Assembly (NCBI GenBank): GCA_030690165.1
Contig: JAUYHF010000055.1
Coordinates: 3,493 to 67,492, forward strand
Origin: Deltaproteobacteria bacterium
GTDB lineage: Bacteria > Desulfobacterota > GWC2-55-46 > UBA9637
Direction of reading: 5' to 3'
DNA length: 64,000 bases
This document shows, piece by piece, positions 17,938-29,175 of this stretch. The notes under the pieces were generated by a model, which did no database searches, was not told where the DNA came from, and worked only from the letters and a program-made list of their open reading frames with translations. The position numbers and the translations under genes are program-made. How positions within the stretch are numbered: position 1 is the stretch's first letter; the number at the start of each line of letters is the position of its first letter.

Positions 17938-19164
17938 CTACTCATACCTCAAACACTCCACCGGGGCCAGGAGAGACGCCTTTCTGGCAGGATAAAAACC
18001 AAAGAATATGCCGACTAATGCGGAAAAACCAAATGCCAGAAATATAGCGACAGCAGATATGGAAACCTCCCAGCCGGCAAAGTATGAAATGAGCCATGAG
18101 CCTCCCATGCCGAATAAAATACCTACGCCGCCGCCGATAACGGCCAACACTACCGCCTCTATCAAAAACTGCATGAGTATGTCCGCTCCCCTTGCGCCCA
18201 CTGCCATCCGTATGCCTATCTCCCTTGTCCTTTCCGTAACCGATACCAGCATGATATTCATTATGCCTATGCCGCCGACTATCAGAGAAACAGATGCGAT
18301 TGAACCTAAAAGGATTGACATTATCTTTGCCGATTGTTCAGCCGTTGCCAGCATCTCTGTAAGATTGCGGACAGTGAAATCATCCTCCCTGCCTGTGGGA
18401 ATGCGATGCCGCTGCCGGAGGAGGGCCGCAATATTCTTTTCAGCATCTTTAAGTGCCGAAGGAGCTACCGCCTTTACAGTAATCATCCTTACCATGCCGG
18501 GAAATGTTGTGCCGAAAAGTTTTTTCTGCGCGGTGGTAACGGGGATATAGACGCTGTCATCCTGATCCTGACCCATTGGCGATTGCCCCTTTCCCGATAA
18601 AACGCCGATAACCTTAAACGGTATCTTTTTTATCCTGATAATCTTACCCAGCGGGTCTTCATCGCCAAAGAGATTTTTAACTACGATATTGCCCACGAGC
18701 GCAACCTTTGTGGCTCCGTCAACATCCCGCTGGGTAAACACCATGCCTGATGCAACTGGCCAATCCCGCAAATCAAAGAAGCTCGGCGTCGTACCGGTAA
18801 TAATCGTGCTCCAGTTCTGGTTTCCGTAAACCACCTGCGCCGTGCCGGGCAGAAGCGGCGCAGCATACGCCACATCCGGCATCTCCTGCGCTATAGCCTT
18901 TGCATCGTCTGATGTGAGCGTGGGAGTTGATCCGAAACCCATTCTAAGTCCGCCGCTGGTGGCAGTTCCAGGCAGTATAATTAAAAGATTGGAACCTATG
19001 CTTGCAATCTGTTTTGCAACCTGTTCTCTTGCCCCTGAACCCACGGATATCATGGCTATCACCGCGGCGACGCCTATGATGATGCCGAGCATGGTAAGGC
19101 CTGAACGCATCTTGTTGATGCTCAGGGCATTGACTGCTATTTTTACGGTTGCGATGGTATTCAT
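17938..19164 (-). CDS. ABC transporter permease, MacB/LolCE-like (FtsX domain)
   Basis: N-terminal TM, large periplasmic domain, C-terminal FtsX 3-TM bundle. Confidence 0.8.
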   Translation of the reverse strand: MNTIATVKIAVNALSINKMRSGLTMLGIIIGVAAVIAMISVGSGAREQVAKQIASIGSNLLIILPGTATSGGLRMGFGSTPTLTSDDAKAIAQEMPDVAYAAPLLPGTAQVVYGNQNWSTIITGTTPSFFDLRDWPVASGMVFTQRDVDGATKVALVGNIVVKNLFGDEDPLGKIIRIKKIPFKVIGVLSGKGQSPMGQDQDDSVYIPVTTAQKKLFGTTFPGMVRMITVKAVAPSALKDAEKNIAALLRQRHRIPTGREDDFTVRNLTEMLATAEQSAKIMSILLGSIASVSLIVGGIGIMNIMLVSVTERTREIGIRMAVGARGADILMQFLIEAVVLAVIGGGVGILFGMGGSWLISYFAGWEVSISAVAIFLAFGFSALVGIFFGFYPARKASLLAPVECLRYE

Positions 19165-19397
19165 AAACTAACATCCTCCGGACTGTGATGTTGGCAAGAA
19201 ACTGGTTAAGCGCGCAAAATGGATGTTATCCAACTATGTAAATATAATGAAATTTGATAGTTGCGTCAAGTTGATTTTAAAATTTGTGATTTTAAAATTC
19301 GCTTGACCGATCTCAAAATTTGGGATAAAGTCCAGAAAACTGCTCAATAACTGGTTAGCCCGCCATAGCTGGCATGCTGGCGACCAGGGGGTCGGAC

Positions 19398-19805
19398 ATG
19401 GAGAAGATTGTTTGGAATCAGTCGTTCAGTGTTGGCGTTGCGAGGCTCGATGAACAGCACAAGAAGATCATTAATATGATCAATCTGCTACGTTCGAAGC
19501 CCGAAGTGGACGTTCGTTCTGAGACGGTGTCCGAACTGCTTACGAGGTTGACGAGGTACGCAAGCGACCATTTCGCTACGGAAGAGCAACTTCTTGTGGA
19601 ATACGGGTACCCTGAGGTGGCTACTCACAAAGAGGCCCACAGGGCCTACCGCATGAAAGTCGTGGCCCTCTGTCAAGATACAATGGATCACAACGCAGCA
19701 GTTCCTGATGAACTTCTGCGCTTCTTAGGTGACTGGTGGGTAAACCATATCCTCGGAGCCGACATGAGATATAGCTCGTTCCTCATGGAACGAGGCGTGA
19801 CATGA
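19398..19805 (+). CDS. Bacteriohemerythrin
   Basis: WNQSFSVGVARLDEQHKKIINMIN, HFATEEQLL, H/E iron ligands; GC-rich relative to flanks. Confidence 0.75.
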   Translation: MEKIVWNQSFSVGVARLDEQHKKIINMINLLRSKPEVDVRSETVSELLTRLTRYASDHFATEEQLLVEYGYPEVATHKEAHRAYRMKVVALCQDTMDHNAAVPDELLRFLGDWWVNHILGADMRYSSFLMERGVT

Positions 19806-19840
19806 ATGCCGTTGTCAGCCCAGAGAGTTAAAAGAGGATT

Positions 19841-20530
19841 TTAAGGGGTTTTATCGTCTTTTACCACAGTTCCGTCTTTAAAAATGATATGCCTGTCAGC
19901 ATAAGCGGCAATATCGGCCTCATGGGTTACCATAACAATGGTGATGCCGTTTTCTTTATTCAGCTTCTTAAAGAGCATCATAATATCAACGCTGGTTTGG
20001 GAATCAAGGTTGCCGGTCGGTTCATCCGCTAAAATCAGAGAGGGACTATTGATCAATGCACGCGCTATGGCAACCCTTTGCTGCTGTCCGCCTGACAACT
20101 GGCTGGGTCTGTGGTATTCCCTCCCCTCCAAACCAACGGAGTGTAATGCCGCCAAAGCCTTTGTTTTTCTTTCGTTTGATGTAGAATTGTTGTAGAGGAG
20201 CGGAAGTTCCACATTCTGGAGTGCGGACATGCGCTGGAGGAGATTAAAACTCTGAAACACAAAACCTATCTTTTTATTGCGTATGGCTGCAAGATTGTCC
20301 TTGCTTAAAGTCCCCACCTCATGTCCATCCAGCATATAATTGCCGGCAGTGGGTTTGTCAAGACAGCCGATGATATTCATGAATGTGGATTTGCCTGAAC
20401 CTGACGCCCCCATCACTGCCACAAACTCTCCTTTATCTATAGCAAGGGAAACGCCGCTGACGGCATGAAAATCCACATTGCCCATCTTGTATATCTTTAC
20501 AAGATTTTCAACCTCTATAAGCTCCGCCAT
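19841..20530 (-). CDS. ABC transporter ATP-binding protein (MacB/LolD-type)
   Basis: Walker A GASGSGKST, signature LSGGQQQRVAIARAL, Walker B ILADEPTGNLD. Confidence 0.9.
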   Translation of the reverse strand: MAELIEVENLVKIYKMGNVDFHAVSGVSLAIDKGEFVAVMGASGSGKSTFMNIIGCLDKPTAGNYMLDGHEVGTLSKDNLAAIRNKKIGFVFQSFNLLQRMSALQNVELPLLYNNSTSNERKTKALAALHSVGLEGREYHRPSQLSGGQQQRVAIARALINSPSLILADEPTGNLDSQTSVDIMMLFKKLNKENGITIVMVTHEADIAAYADRHIIFKDGTVVKDDKTP

Positions 20531-20532
20531 AG

Positions 20533-21726
20533 TTATCTCATTAAGCCATGAGGAGATCTGCCGGCGCCGGCCCGGCCCGGCTGATTATTATTTTTGACAG
20601 CGGTGTCGGTAATTACCTCATCCCCCTCCTTTATTTCCCCTTCCATAATCTCCGTAAAATTGCCGTCGCTGATGCCTGTCTTTATTGACACCGGTTTTAT
20701 TTGTTGACCGCCTTGCAGCCATACCTTTGAGCCTCTTTCCTGCTTGGCTGATTTATGATTGGCATATTCCTGTTCCTGCGGCTTAAACCGCAAAGCGGCA
20801 TTGGGTATCTTAATTACATTATCTTTTCTTGCTGTTACGATAGACACATTGGCAGTCATGCCAGGTTTTAATTCCATGTTTTTATTGGACACCTCAATAA
20901 TAACATCGTATGTAACAACATTCTGGACAATAATAGGGGCGTTGCGTATCTGTGAAACCTTTCCATTGAAAACCGATTCAGGAAAGGCGTCTACAGTAAA
21001 GTGCCCCTCCTGTCCCAACTTTACCGTTCCGATATCGGCCTCGTCAACATTGGTATTAACCTGCATCTTTGTCAAGTCTTTGGCTATGGTAAAAAGCGTA
21101 GGGGTCTGAAACGATGCGGCCACAGTCTGGCCTATGTCAACATTTCTGGATATGACTATGCCGTCAACCGGTGATTTGATAATCGTGTATTCAAGATTTA
21201 CCTCTGTAAGCTCCAAAGCCGCCTTCTGCTGCTCCACCTGAGCTTCGGCCGATTTCACCTGAGCCTTGGCGGAAAGATACGCCGCCTCTGCGCTGTCCCT
21301 GTCGCTCTGGCTGGCAAGACCCTCTTTGAATAATTTTGACGATCTGTCAAATTTATGCTTTTTATCAACAATGTCTGCATTGGATTTTTCCACATTGGCC
21401 TTTGCATTGATCAGATTCGCCCTTGCCTGATCCCGCTGGGCTGTGAATGTCTTTTGATCAAGCATGGCAATTAGCTGACCCTGTTTGACACGGGAATTAA
21501 AATCAGCATACAGTTCCTTTATTGTCCCTGAAACCTGACTGCCTACCTGAACAGTAACAACGGCATTGACCGTGCCTGTTGCAGAAATTTTTGATTCTAT
21601 GGAACCAACTTCAACCTTAGCAGTTTTGTATTTTATTATCTGATGACTTGTCTTTATCAGGAAAAACCATATGCCGGAAGCAACGGCTGCAAAGAGTGAA
21701 ATAGCTATGATTATTTTCTTGAACAT
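20533..21726 (-). CDS. Efflux transporter periplasmic adaptor (HlyD/MacA family)
   Basis: N-terminal TM, coiled-coil hairpin, beta-barrel/lipoyl domains. Confidence 0.8.
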   Translation of the reverse strand: MFKKIIIAISLFAAVASGIWFFLIKTSHQIIKYKTAKVEVGSIESKISATGTVNAVVTVQVGSQVSGTIKELYADFNSRVKQGQLIAMLDQKTFTAQRDQARANLINAKANVEKSNADIVDKKHKFDRSSKLFKEGLASQSDRDSAEAAYLSAKAQVKSAEAQVEQQKAALELTEVNLEYTIIKSPVDGIVISRNVDIGQTVAASFQTPTLFTIAKDLTKMQVNTNVDEADIGTVKLGQEGHFTVDAFPESVFNGKVSQIRNAPIIVQNVVTYDVIIEVSNKNMELKPGMTANVSIVTARKDNVIKIPNAALRFKPQEQEYANHKSAKQERGSKVWLQGGQQIKPVSIKTGISDGNFTEIMEGEIKEGDEVITDTAVKNNNQPGRAGAGRSPHGLMR

Positions 21727-21747
21727 AAAGTTAGATAACCCCTCTCC

Positions 21748-23043
21748 CTATCTCTTAAACACCCTCTTAAGTATATAATCCATATTTTTAACATGCCTTG
21801 AAATATCGAAACATGCTTCAATATCCTTTTGAGAAAGCCGCTCTGTCACTTCTTTATCTTTTAACAGCAATCCTTTAAATTCTTTCTTTTCCTTCCATGC
21901 CTTCATGGCGTTACGCTGGACTATCTGGTATGCATCCTCTCTTGCAGCGCCTTTTTCTGTAAGGGCGAGCAAAACGCTTTGCGAGAATATCAGACCATTG
22001 AGTTTATTTAGATTCTCTTTCATATTTTCAGGATAGACAACAAGGTCTCTAACAAGCCCTGTCATCCGTGTCAGCATGAAGTCAACGAGGATTGTTGCAT
22101 CCGGCGCAATAACCCTTTCAACAGAAGAATGGCTTATATCTCTTTCATGCCATAGCGGAATATTCTCCATTGCTGCGTTAGCATGACTTCTTACAAGCCT
22201 TGCAAGGCCTGTAAGATTTTCAGACAGGATGGGATTTCTCTTATGCGGCATAGCAGATGAGCCTTTCTGTCCATCGGTGAACGGTTCTTCTGCTTCAAGA
22301 ACCTCTGTTCTCTGAAGATGCCTTATCTCCACTGCAATCTTTTCAATGGATGAGGCGATGATGGCAAGGGTTGTGAAATATTCCGCATGTCTGTCTCTCT
22401 GGATAATCTGAGTTGCAACAGGCGCAGGCTTGAGCCCGAGTTTTTTGCACACATATTCTTCAACAGACGGCGGGATATTGGCAAATGTGCCTACTGCGCC
22501 GGAAAGTTTTCCGTATGAAATTATCTCCCTTGCCCTTTCCATCCTTGCAAGGTTTCTCTTCATCTCCTCATACCATAAGGCCATCTTAAGGCCAAAGGTT
22601 ATGGGCTCTGCATGGATGCCATGGGAACGGCCAATCATCACGGTATTTTTATGCTCAAATGCCCGTTTTTTGATTACCTCCATAAGCTTCTTTATATCTG
22701 TGATAATCAAATCCGCAGCCTCTTTTAAAAGCAGGGCAAGGGATGTGTCAAGTATGTCAGAAGACGTCAGCCCTCTGTGGATATATCTTGAATCAGGCCC
22801 GATAAACTCGGCAACAGAGGTAAGAAACGAGATTACGTCGTGCTTTACCATTCTTTCAATCTCGTCAATTCTCCGAATGTTAAAATCTGCTTTGGTCTTG
22901 ATGTTATTCAACGCATTCTTTGGAATCTCACCAAGCTTTGCCCATGCCTCGCATGCAAGGATTTCCACCGCAAGCCATTTTTTGAATTTATTTTCTGGCT
23001 CCCAGATTCTTGCCATTTCTTTTCTTGAATATCTCTCTATCAT
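21748..23043 (-). CDS. purB: Adenylosuccinate lyase
   Basis: 431 aa; fumarate-lyase signature SSAMPHKRNP. Confidence 0.9.
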   Translation of the reverse strand: MIERYSRKEMARIWEPENKFKKWLAVEILACEAWAKLGEIPKNALNNIKTKADFNIRRIDEIERMVKHDVISFLTSVAEFIGPDSRYIHRGLTSSDILDTSLALLLKEAADLIITDIKKLMEVIKKRAFEHKNTVMIGRSHGIHAEPITFGLKMALWYEEMKRNLARMERAREIISYGKLSGAVGTFANIPPSVEEYVCKKLGLKPAPVATQIIQRDRHAEYFTTLAIIASSIEKIAVEIRHLQRTEVLEAEEPFTDGQKGSSAMPHKRNPILSENLTGLARLVRSHANAAMENIPLWHERDISHSSVERVIAPDATILVDFMLTRMTGLVRDLVVYPENMKENLNKLNGLIFSQSVLLALTEKGAAREDAYQIVQRNAMKAWKEKKEFKGLLLKDKEVTERLSQKDIEACFDISRHVKNMDYILKRVFKR

Positions 23044-23058
23044 AAAAAGATCCTTTCT

Positions 23059-23754
23059 TTAATGTCCCATAATTGCTTCTATCATAAATATCAGAACGAA
23101 ACCGGATAAAACAGATAGTATCACATTTATATTAAACTTTCTGTGGGCCTCAAGCAATAAGTCACCCACGCCTATATAAATGAATGCCCCTGCAACAAAC
23201 GCAATAACAGGTTCGTGGAACGTCTTTGGGATAAAGACCGCTGTATATGAGCCGATGGGATAGGCAATTGCCGCAAGTATAATGGGGACAAGCATTTTCC
23301 TGGCGCTGTAACCAATGTCCTTCATAAGAATAGTTGCAGTGATATCCTGCGGGATCTCATGGATAACAACAGCGACCATAATGATAAACCCGATATGCGG
23401 GTCTGTCAGATAGCCTATGGTTATAGCAACGCCATCAGTTATATTATCCAGAGCCATGCCAAATATAGAAACCATGTTTATGCTGTGCTGCTCGCATTCC
23501 ATCTCTCCGCATGAATGAAGAACAGTAAGTTTTCCGATTAAATAGAATGACAGGAAACCGAGGGCGAGCACCCATGCGTCTTTTTTGAGATTTGCTTCAG
23601 GAAGAAGGTCCAGAAATACTGTGGCAATAACAACCCCGGCAGAAACAGCGATTATGTAGCGGATGCCTTTAAAATCAATAAAAAGCGGAAGAAGGCCGGC
23701 TATGAGCGTAACAATACCGGCAAATAATCCATATAAGACATACATTTCAAGCAT
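23059..23754 (-). CDS. ZIP family metal (Zn/Fe) permease
   Basis: HEIPQDITATIL motif, 8 TM. Confidence 0.8.
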   Translation of the reverse strand: MLEMYVLYGLFAGIVTLIAGLLPLFIDFKGIRYIIAVSAGVVIATVFLDLLPEANLKKDAWVLALGFLSFYLIGKLTVLHSCGEMECEQHSINMVSIFGMALDNITDGVAITIGYLTDPHIGFIIMVAVVIHEIPQDITATILMKDIGYSARKMLVPIILAAIAYPIGSYTAVFIPKTFHEPVIAFVAGAFIYIGVGDLLLEAHRKFNINVILSVLSGFVLIFMIEAIMGH

Positions 23755-23918
23755 ATATTTTACGCCAATACGAAATGAGGCAAGATTAGTGTAATCAGCC
23801 TACTTAACTAACATAAACCTGTTTGATATGCAAGAGGTTACCAATTTCCCTTTGTGAAACCCCTGTATCTTTTCTTTCTGTTCTTTTAATTTTAATTCAT
23901 AAATCCTTGACCTCAACC

Positions 23919-24539
23919 TTAACCTTGCCTCCTTCTTTTATATCTCTTCAGCCTATATATATCTTCTCTTTCCCTTTCTTCCAGCACTCTCTCTATGGTC
24001 TTTATGCCGTTTTTTATGGATGGCACAAGAATCTCCTCCATGGCGTTTATCTTTCTCGTATCAGCCCTTATCTCCTCGCCAACCCTCTTGAGCCTTATCT
24101 CGCAGGAGGCAATGGCAACAACAGCATCCATCACCTTTTCAAAGCCCTTTGCAGCCTCAATTGCCAACGTCCCTTCTCCGGCCGGTGAAATATCCCTCGC
24201 ATCCATAGTCCTTACAAATGCCTTCTGCTCTATACTGGGGACATTTACGCCCCATATATTCTTCACCTTTATATCAAGGGATATATCCCTTTTTGACGCA
24301 TAGGCTGTTGAATAAAGCGCATCGCCAAGAAATGCCCTTGCAAGATGCAGTTCGTAAGCTGCATCTCTAATCTGTGAGTTCAGTTTAGTCCTGAGTTTAA
24401 GACATTCTCCAAGACACCTGAAAAAATCCTTCATCAGGGCTTCACGTTTGCTTCTTAATAGTTTCGCCCCGCTCTTTAGCACAAGAAGCCGCGCATTGAG
24501 AAGCAGAAGGTTTATTCTTGTAGATGAAAACTTTTCCAT
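23919..24539 (-). CDS. atpD: A/V-type ATP synthase subunit D
   Basis: MEKFSSTRINLLLLNARLLVLKSGAKLLRSKREAL is the V-type D N-terminus. Confidence 0.85.
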   Translation of the reverse strand: MEKFSSTRINLLLLNARLLVLKSGAKLLRSKREALMKDFFRCLGECLKLRTKLNSQIRDAAYELHLARAFLGDALYSTAYASKRDISLDIKVKNIWGVNVPSIEQKAFVRTMDARDISPAGEGTLAIEAAKGFEKVMDAVVAIASCEIRLKRVGEEIRADTRKINAMEEILVPSIKNGIKTIERVLEEREREDIYRLKRYKRRRQG

Positions 24540-24624
24540 AGTCAGTTCATGCGAAAATAGATTTTTTAATACAGTAGGGGCGACCCTTGTGGTCGCCCGA
24601 AAGCGGGAGGGGCAAGCCCCTCCC

Positions 24625-26010
24625 CTACGGGGAATGGGAATAATATTTCTCTACAAACTCCTCTTTTATCCTTATAAGCTCGGTCTTTGGCAGCATTGAT
24701 AAAAGCCGCCACCCTAGTTTCAAAGTATCCTCTATTGACCTGTCAACATCTCCCTGCCCCACGAACACCCTTTCAAATTCATCCGCAAATTTCAAATATC
24801 TCTTATCCATATCCGTAAGACCTTCTTCACCAATAATTGTGGCAAGCCTTCTCGTATCCCTGCCCTTTGCATAAGAGGCATACAACTGGTCAGCCAGACC
24901 CCGATGGTCTTCTCTCGTCTTTTCTCTCCCGATGCCGAGATTCATAAGCCTTGAAAGCGACGGAAGCACATCCACTGGCGGATTGATGCCTTTCCTGAAT
25001 AATGTCCTGCTCAAAACAATCTGCCCCTCTGTTATATAACCGCTCAGGTCTGCAATAGGGTGTGTTATATCATCATCAGGCATTGTAAGTATAGGGATAA
25101 GTGTAATGGAGCCGCTTCTGCCCTTTATCCTCCCTGCCCTCTCATAAATTGCCGCAAGATCCGTATACATGTAGCCGGGATAGCCTCGCCTGCCTGGTAT
25201 CTCCTCCCTTGCGCTCCCGATTTCGCGCATGGCCTCGCAGTAGTTTGTCATATCCGTCAGTATTACCAGAACATGATGCCCTTTTTCAAACGCAAGATAT
25301 TCTGCCGCAGCCAATGCGCTCCTCGGCGTGAACATCCTTTCAATAGTCGGATCCTCTGCCTTGTTTATAAACGCAACTGTCCTTTCCATTGCCCCGCTCT
25401 CTTCAAATACATTCTTAAAGAAAAATGCCTCCCTTGAAGTAATTCCCATAGCGCCAAAGACAATGGAAAACTGCTCTCCGCCGCCGACCTTTGCCTGCCG
25501 GACAATCTGCGCCGCTATCTCATTGGCAGGAAGCCCTGCGCCTGAGAATATGGGCAGCTTTTGCCCGCGCACCAAAGTGTTCAAACCGTCTATGGTTGAT
25601 ATGCCGGTTTGGATAAAATGGGCAGGCTTATCCCGCGCAGCAGGATTTATGGGAAGGCCGTTTATGTCCGGTCTTGCTTCGGGTATAATCTGGGAAAGGC
25701 CGTCTGCAGGCTCTCCAAGACCATTAAAAATCCTTCCGAGCATATCAAGGGATACGCCAATCTTCGCAGTCTCGCCTTTAAGTATAATCTTTGATGATAC
25801 AGTATCAATACCCGATGTGCCTTCCAGCACCTGCACCACAGCAAGGCCTTCCATAATCTGGAGTATCTGCCCTTTTCTCGCTTCACCGGAAGCCAAACAC
25901 ACATCCACCATCTCTCCAAGACTACCGGCGCTAACGCCTTCAACAAATATAAGCGGGCCTTGTATGCCGGTTATGGATTGGTATTCGTAGGTTAATAAAT
26001 TCATAGCCAT
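24625..26010 (-). CDS. atpB: A/V-type ATP synthase subunit B
   Basis: Non-catalytic nucleotide-binding subunit, 461 aa. Confidence 0.9.
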   Translation of the reverse strand: MAMNLLTYEYQSITGIQGPLIFVEGVSAGSLGEMVDVCLASGEARKGQILQIMEGLAVVQVLEGTSGIDTVSSKIILKGETAKIGVSLDMLGRIFNGLGEPADGLSQIIPEARPDINGLPINPAARDKPAHFIQTGISTIDGLNTLVRGQKLPIFSGAGLPANEIAAQIVRQAKVGGGEQFSIVFGAMGITSREAFFFKNVFEESGAMERTVAFINKAEDPTIERMFTPRSALAAAEYLAFEKGHHVLVILTDMTNYCEAMREIGSAREEIPGRRGYPGYMYTDLAAIYERAGRIKGRSGSITLIPILTMPDDDITHPIADLSGYITEGQIVLSRTLFRKGINPPVDVLPSLSRLMNLGIGREKTREDHRGLADQLYASYAKGRDTRRLATIIGEEGLTDMDKRYLKFADEFERVFVGQGDVDRSIEDTLKLGWRLLSMLPKTELIRIKEEFVEKYYSHSP

Positions 26011-27770
26011 TATTTGGAAGTAATTTCATCCATCTCTTTTATCATCTCCCCTGCCCTTTGCTTGAACACATCACTTGGTATATCCTGCATCCTCATAAGC
26101 CTTGCAATCACCGGGCTTGCAATGAGCTTTTCCAGATATACCCCTTGCTCCAATGCCGTTTTAGCCATATTATAAAATTCAATTATGCACTTCATCATCC
26201 AGTATTGCTTTTCCATTGTGCAGAATGCGTCTGCCTCATTAAATACGCTCTGCCGTAAAAACACCTCTTTGATAACCCTTCCCATCTCCATGGTGAGCCG
26301 GTCTATATCCTGCAATGCCTCAAGACCGATGACCTGAACCACCTCTTTTAGCTCTCCTTCTCTTTCCAGCATTTTCATAATATCATCTCTCAACAAAACC
26401 GCATCCTCTGCCATCTCCTTGCCAAACCAATCTTTAAGTAAATTGTAATAGAGGCTAAAACTCTTATTCCAATCAACCGCCGGAAAGTGCCTTCTGTATG
26501 CAAGGTCTGTGTCTAATGCCCACAGAGCGCCTGCAACTCTGAGTGATGCCTGCGTTACGGGTTCGGAAAAATCTCCTCCCGGCGGCGATACTGCGCTGAC
26601 AATAGTAACAGAGCCTGTTCTTTCTTCATTGCCGAGACATTTTACCTTGCATGCCCTTTCGTAAAAATTTCCGAGCCGTGTTGCAAGATACGGCGGATAG
26701 CCTTCTTCGCCAGGCATCTCCTCCATCCTTGATGAAATTTCTCTCAAAGCCTCTGCCCACCTTGAGATGGAATCGGTCATAAGCGCAACGCGGTATCCCA
26801 TGTCCCGGAAATACTCGGCAATAGTTGCGCCTATGAAGATAGACGCCTCTCTTGCTGCAACAGGCATATTTGATGTATTCACTATAAGAACGGTTCTTAA
26901 ACTCAAGGGCAAACCTGTGGATGGGTCTGAAAGTTTAGGAAAGTCCGACAGCACCTCTGTCATCTCATTGCCCCGCTCTCCGCATCCGACATAAACAATA
27001 ATATCCGATTTTGCATACCTTGCGAGGGTCTGCTCCACAATGGTCTTGCCGGTTCCAAAACCGCCCGGCACAATTGCTGCGCCGCCTTCTGCCACAGGAA
27101 ACATGGTATCAAACACACGTTGACCTGTAATAAACGGCGTATTCGGCAATATTCGCTCTTTAAACGGCCTTGGCTGTCTTACCGGCCATTCTTGAAAGAG
27201 CGATATGGTGGAGTTATCCTCAAAGATGACAACAGGCTCATCGCCTGTAATCTCACCTTTGCGAACTTCTTTGACAATCCCTCCCACCACCCCCTTATGA
27301 AAGGGGGGGATTGGGGGGGTTAGGATTCTATGTTCAATCCTCTCATTTTCCTTGACAATGCCGACAACATCTCCTGATTTAATTGCATCCCCTTTTTTTA
27401 CCTTTGGGATAAACTCCCATTTTTTATCCAGCAACACATTAAGGCTTATCCCCTTTTTTATAAAATCGCCTGACTTTAGCCTCAATGCTTCAAGCGGTCT
27501 TTGTATGCCGTCAAACACATTAGATAAAAGGCCTGGGCCGAGTCTTATGGTTAATGGTTTGCCATGGCTTATCACTTCTTCGCCCACAGAAAGCCCTGTC
27601 GTATCTTCATAGACCTGCAATATTGCCTGTTCGCCCTGAATCCTTACAATCTCCCCAAGAAGGCCGTCCCTGCCGACAAGGGCGGTAGTATGCATCTTAG
27701 AACCGTTCATGCCCTTTGCGGTAACGGTGGGACCGGAAACCCCTGATATCGTGCCTTTGATGATTTGCAT
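26010..27770 (-). CDS. atpA: A/V-type ATP synthase catalytic subunit A
   Basis: Walker A GGFGTGKT, 586 aa with the V-type non-homologous region. Confidence 0.9.
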   Translation of the reverse strand: MQIIKGTISGVSGPTVTAKGMNGSKMHTTALVGRDGLLGEIVRIQGEQAILQVYEDTTGLSVGEEVISHGKPLTIRLGPGLLSNVFDGIQRPLEALRLKSGDFIKKGISLNVLLDKKWEFIPKVKKGDAIKSGDVVGIVKENERIEHRILTPPIPPFHKGVVGGIVKEVRKGEITGDEPVVIFEDNSTISLFQEWPVRQPRPFKERILPNTPFITGQRVFDTMFPVAEGGAAIVPGGFGTGKTIVEQTLARYAKSDIIVYVGCGERGNEMTEVLSDFPKLSDPSTGLPLSLRTVLIVNTSNMPVAAREASIFIGATIAEYFRDMGYRVALMTDSISRWAEALREISSRMEEMPGEEGYPPYLATRLGNFYERACKVKCLGNEERTGSVTIVSAVSPPGGDFSEPVTQASLRVAGALWALDTDLAYRRHFPAVDWNKSFSLYYNLLKDWFGKEMAEDAVLLRDDIMKMLEREGELKEVVQVIGLEALQDIDRLTMEMGRVIKEVFLRQSVFNEADAFCTMEKQYWMMKCIIEFYNMAKTALEQGVYLEKLIASPVIARLMRMQDIPSDVFKQRAGEMIKEMDEITSK

Positions 27771-27771
27771 A

Positions 27772-28101
27772 TTACCTCTTTATCTTCACCTGATACCCTA
27801 TCGCCCTTCTTATAAGCCTGGCCACATACGACTCCATCTCTGCCTCGGCTTGCCATGATTTTGGAGTGTCTATCGGAACTATTACAGGGACGCCGGTTTT
27901 TCTAACCCTTTTCAAAATTCCTTCATCAACCTTTGCCAAAAACTTTTCCTCAACAACCAGAAGGCCGTATTCTCCGGTTTTGATAATATCGTTTAAAACA
28001 GCCGTAATATCCCAGCCCTCTTCAACCTCTTTGACCTCAACGCCGGCAAGCTTAAACCCAAGAGATGTGTCAGGATACGTGATTACAATAAGTTTGGACA
28101 T
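27772..28101 (-). CDS. atpF: A/V-type ATP synthase subunit F
   Basis: ~109 aa, operon position between C and A. Confidence 0.7.
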   Translation of the reverse strand: MSKLIVITYPDTSLGFKLAGVEVKEVEEGWDITAVLNDIIKTGEYGLLVVEEKFLAKVDEGILKRVRKTGVPVIVPIDTPKSWQAEAEMESYVARLIRRAIGYQVKIKR

Positions 28102-28104
28102 ATT

Positions 28105-29175
28105 TTAAATAATAATAAACCTCTTTACTTCAATTGACGGCATATCAAAAATCTTTGACCTGGCAATGATTCTCAGGTTTTTTATCTCGCGTATCTTTTT
28201 ATAAACAAAGCAGACGGCAAGGGCAATGCTCAACGGCTCTATCACAGCAAGTCTGCACATCTCCTTTCTCGTCAATTCTTCAAGCTGTTCTTCCAGAAAA
28301 AATGCCTCGTCATGGTCTGCTGCGCTGATTGCCTTTTTCCAAATGCTGTCTTTAACCGAATCTGCAAGCCCTCGCAGGACTGTTTTTTTATCCTTGCTCG
28401 CTGAAAGCTGTAAAAACCCATCCTTATTAATCCTTTCGCCTCCTTCAAGAAAATAACCGGCGGCTCTGGCAGCAGATAGCCCTTCACCGGCCAGCTTTAA
28501 GAGCGTTGATATGTTTATGCTGTCTATCCTTTGTATTACAAATCTTTTAATTATTTTTTTGTTCAGCTCATTCCCCTCTGCTGCAGAAAGGCAATATTTA
28601 TGGACAAAACGGTCCAGCGCAAGCTCAATGATTATAAGGTCTCTTTCTCTCAGGTACTGCTCTATTGCGTCTTTGAGCGGCGTTGCATACGGGCTTCTCC
28701 ATGTATGAAGGAGCTTTGCCGCCTCCTGTATATCTTTTTGCAGATTTAATTCCTTCAATGCAGATTCGTCCATCTCGCCTGCCGGGATAAGAACAGATAT
28801 GCTGTCGTCAGGCGAAATCCCGTTTGCCCTGGCCCTTGCAATAGCCTTTAAGTCATAGGCCTCCCATATGGAAAATACAGCGCGCAGCAGAATCCTTGCA
28901 TCCTCAGGGGAATAATCCCACAACTGCCTAAATGCCCTTGCAAGGTTTACTCTGAATGCGCCTTCCGCAATATCTGTTTCATTTTTATATCTTGCTGAGG
29001 CAGCCTCTATATCCCTTGTGTAGACGGTATCTTTTAAGCAATATAAAAGAGCCTGAATACCTTCTGCGCCAATCAGTTTATCATAGGCCGCTTGAGTTAA
29101 GCATTCGCCCTTCCATGCCTTTATTCTGGCGTTTAGATAGCTTAAGTCCATTTTTTTAAAAAAGAATCTTATCAA
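28105..29175 (-). CDS. atpC: A/V-type ATP synthase subunit C (d)
   Basis: ~350 aa all-helical, position E-C-F. Confidence 0.7.
   Translation of the reverse strand: MIRFFFKKMDLSYLNARIKAWKGECLTQAAYDKLIGAEGIQALLYCLKDTVYTRDIEAASARYKNETDIAEGAFRVNLARAFRQLWDYSPEDARILLRAVFSIWEAYDLKAIARARANGISPDDSISVLIPAGEMDESALKELNLQKDIQEAAKLLHTWRSPYATPLKDAIEQYLRERDLIIIELALDRFVHKYCLSAAEGNELNKKIIKRFVIQRIDSINISTLLKLAGEGLSAARAAGYFLEGGERINKDGFLQLSASKDKKTVLRGLADSVKDSIWKKAISAADHDEAFFLEEQLEELTRKEMCRLAVIEPLSIALAVCFVYKKIREIKNLRIIARSKIFDMPSIEVKRFIII

Noticed and set aside
27290-27325. G/C homopolymer-rich palindromic-looking stretch (CCCCCTTATGAAAGGGGGGATTGGGGGGG) inside atpA
   Set aside because: It encodes [10 protein letters not shown] in the known non-homologous variable region of V-type A subunits. 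It keeps the frame and is not an element.
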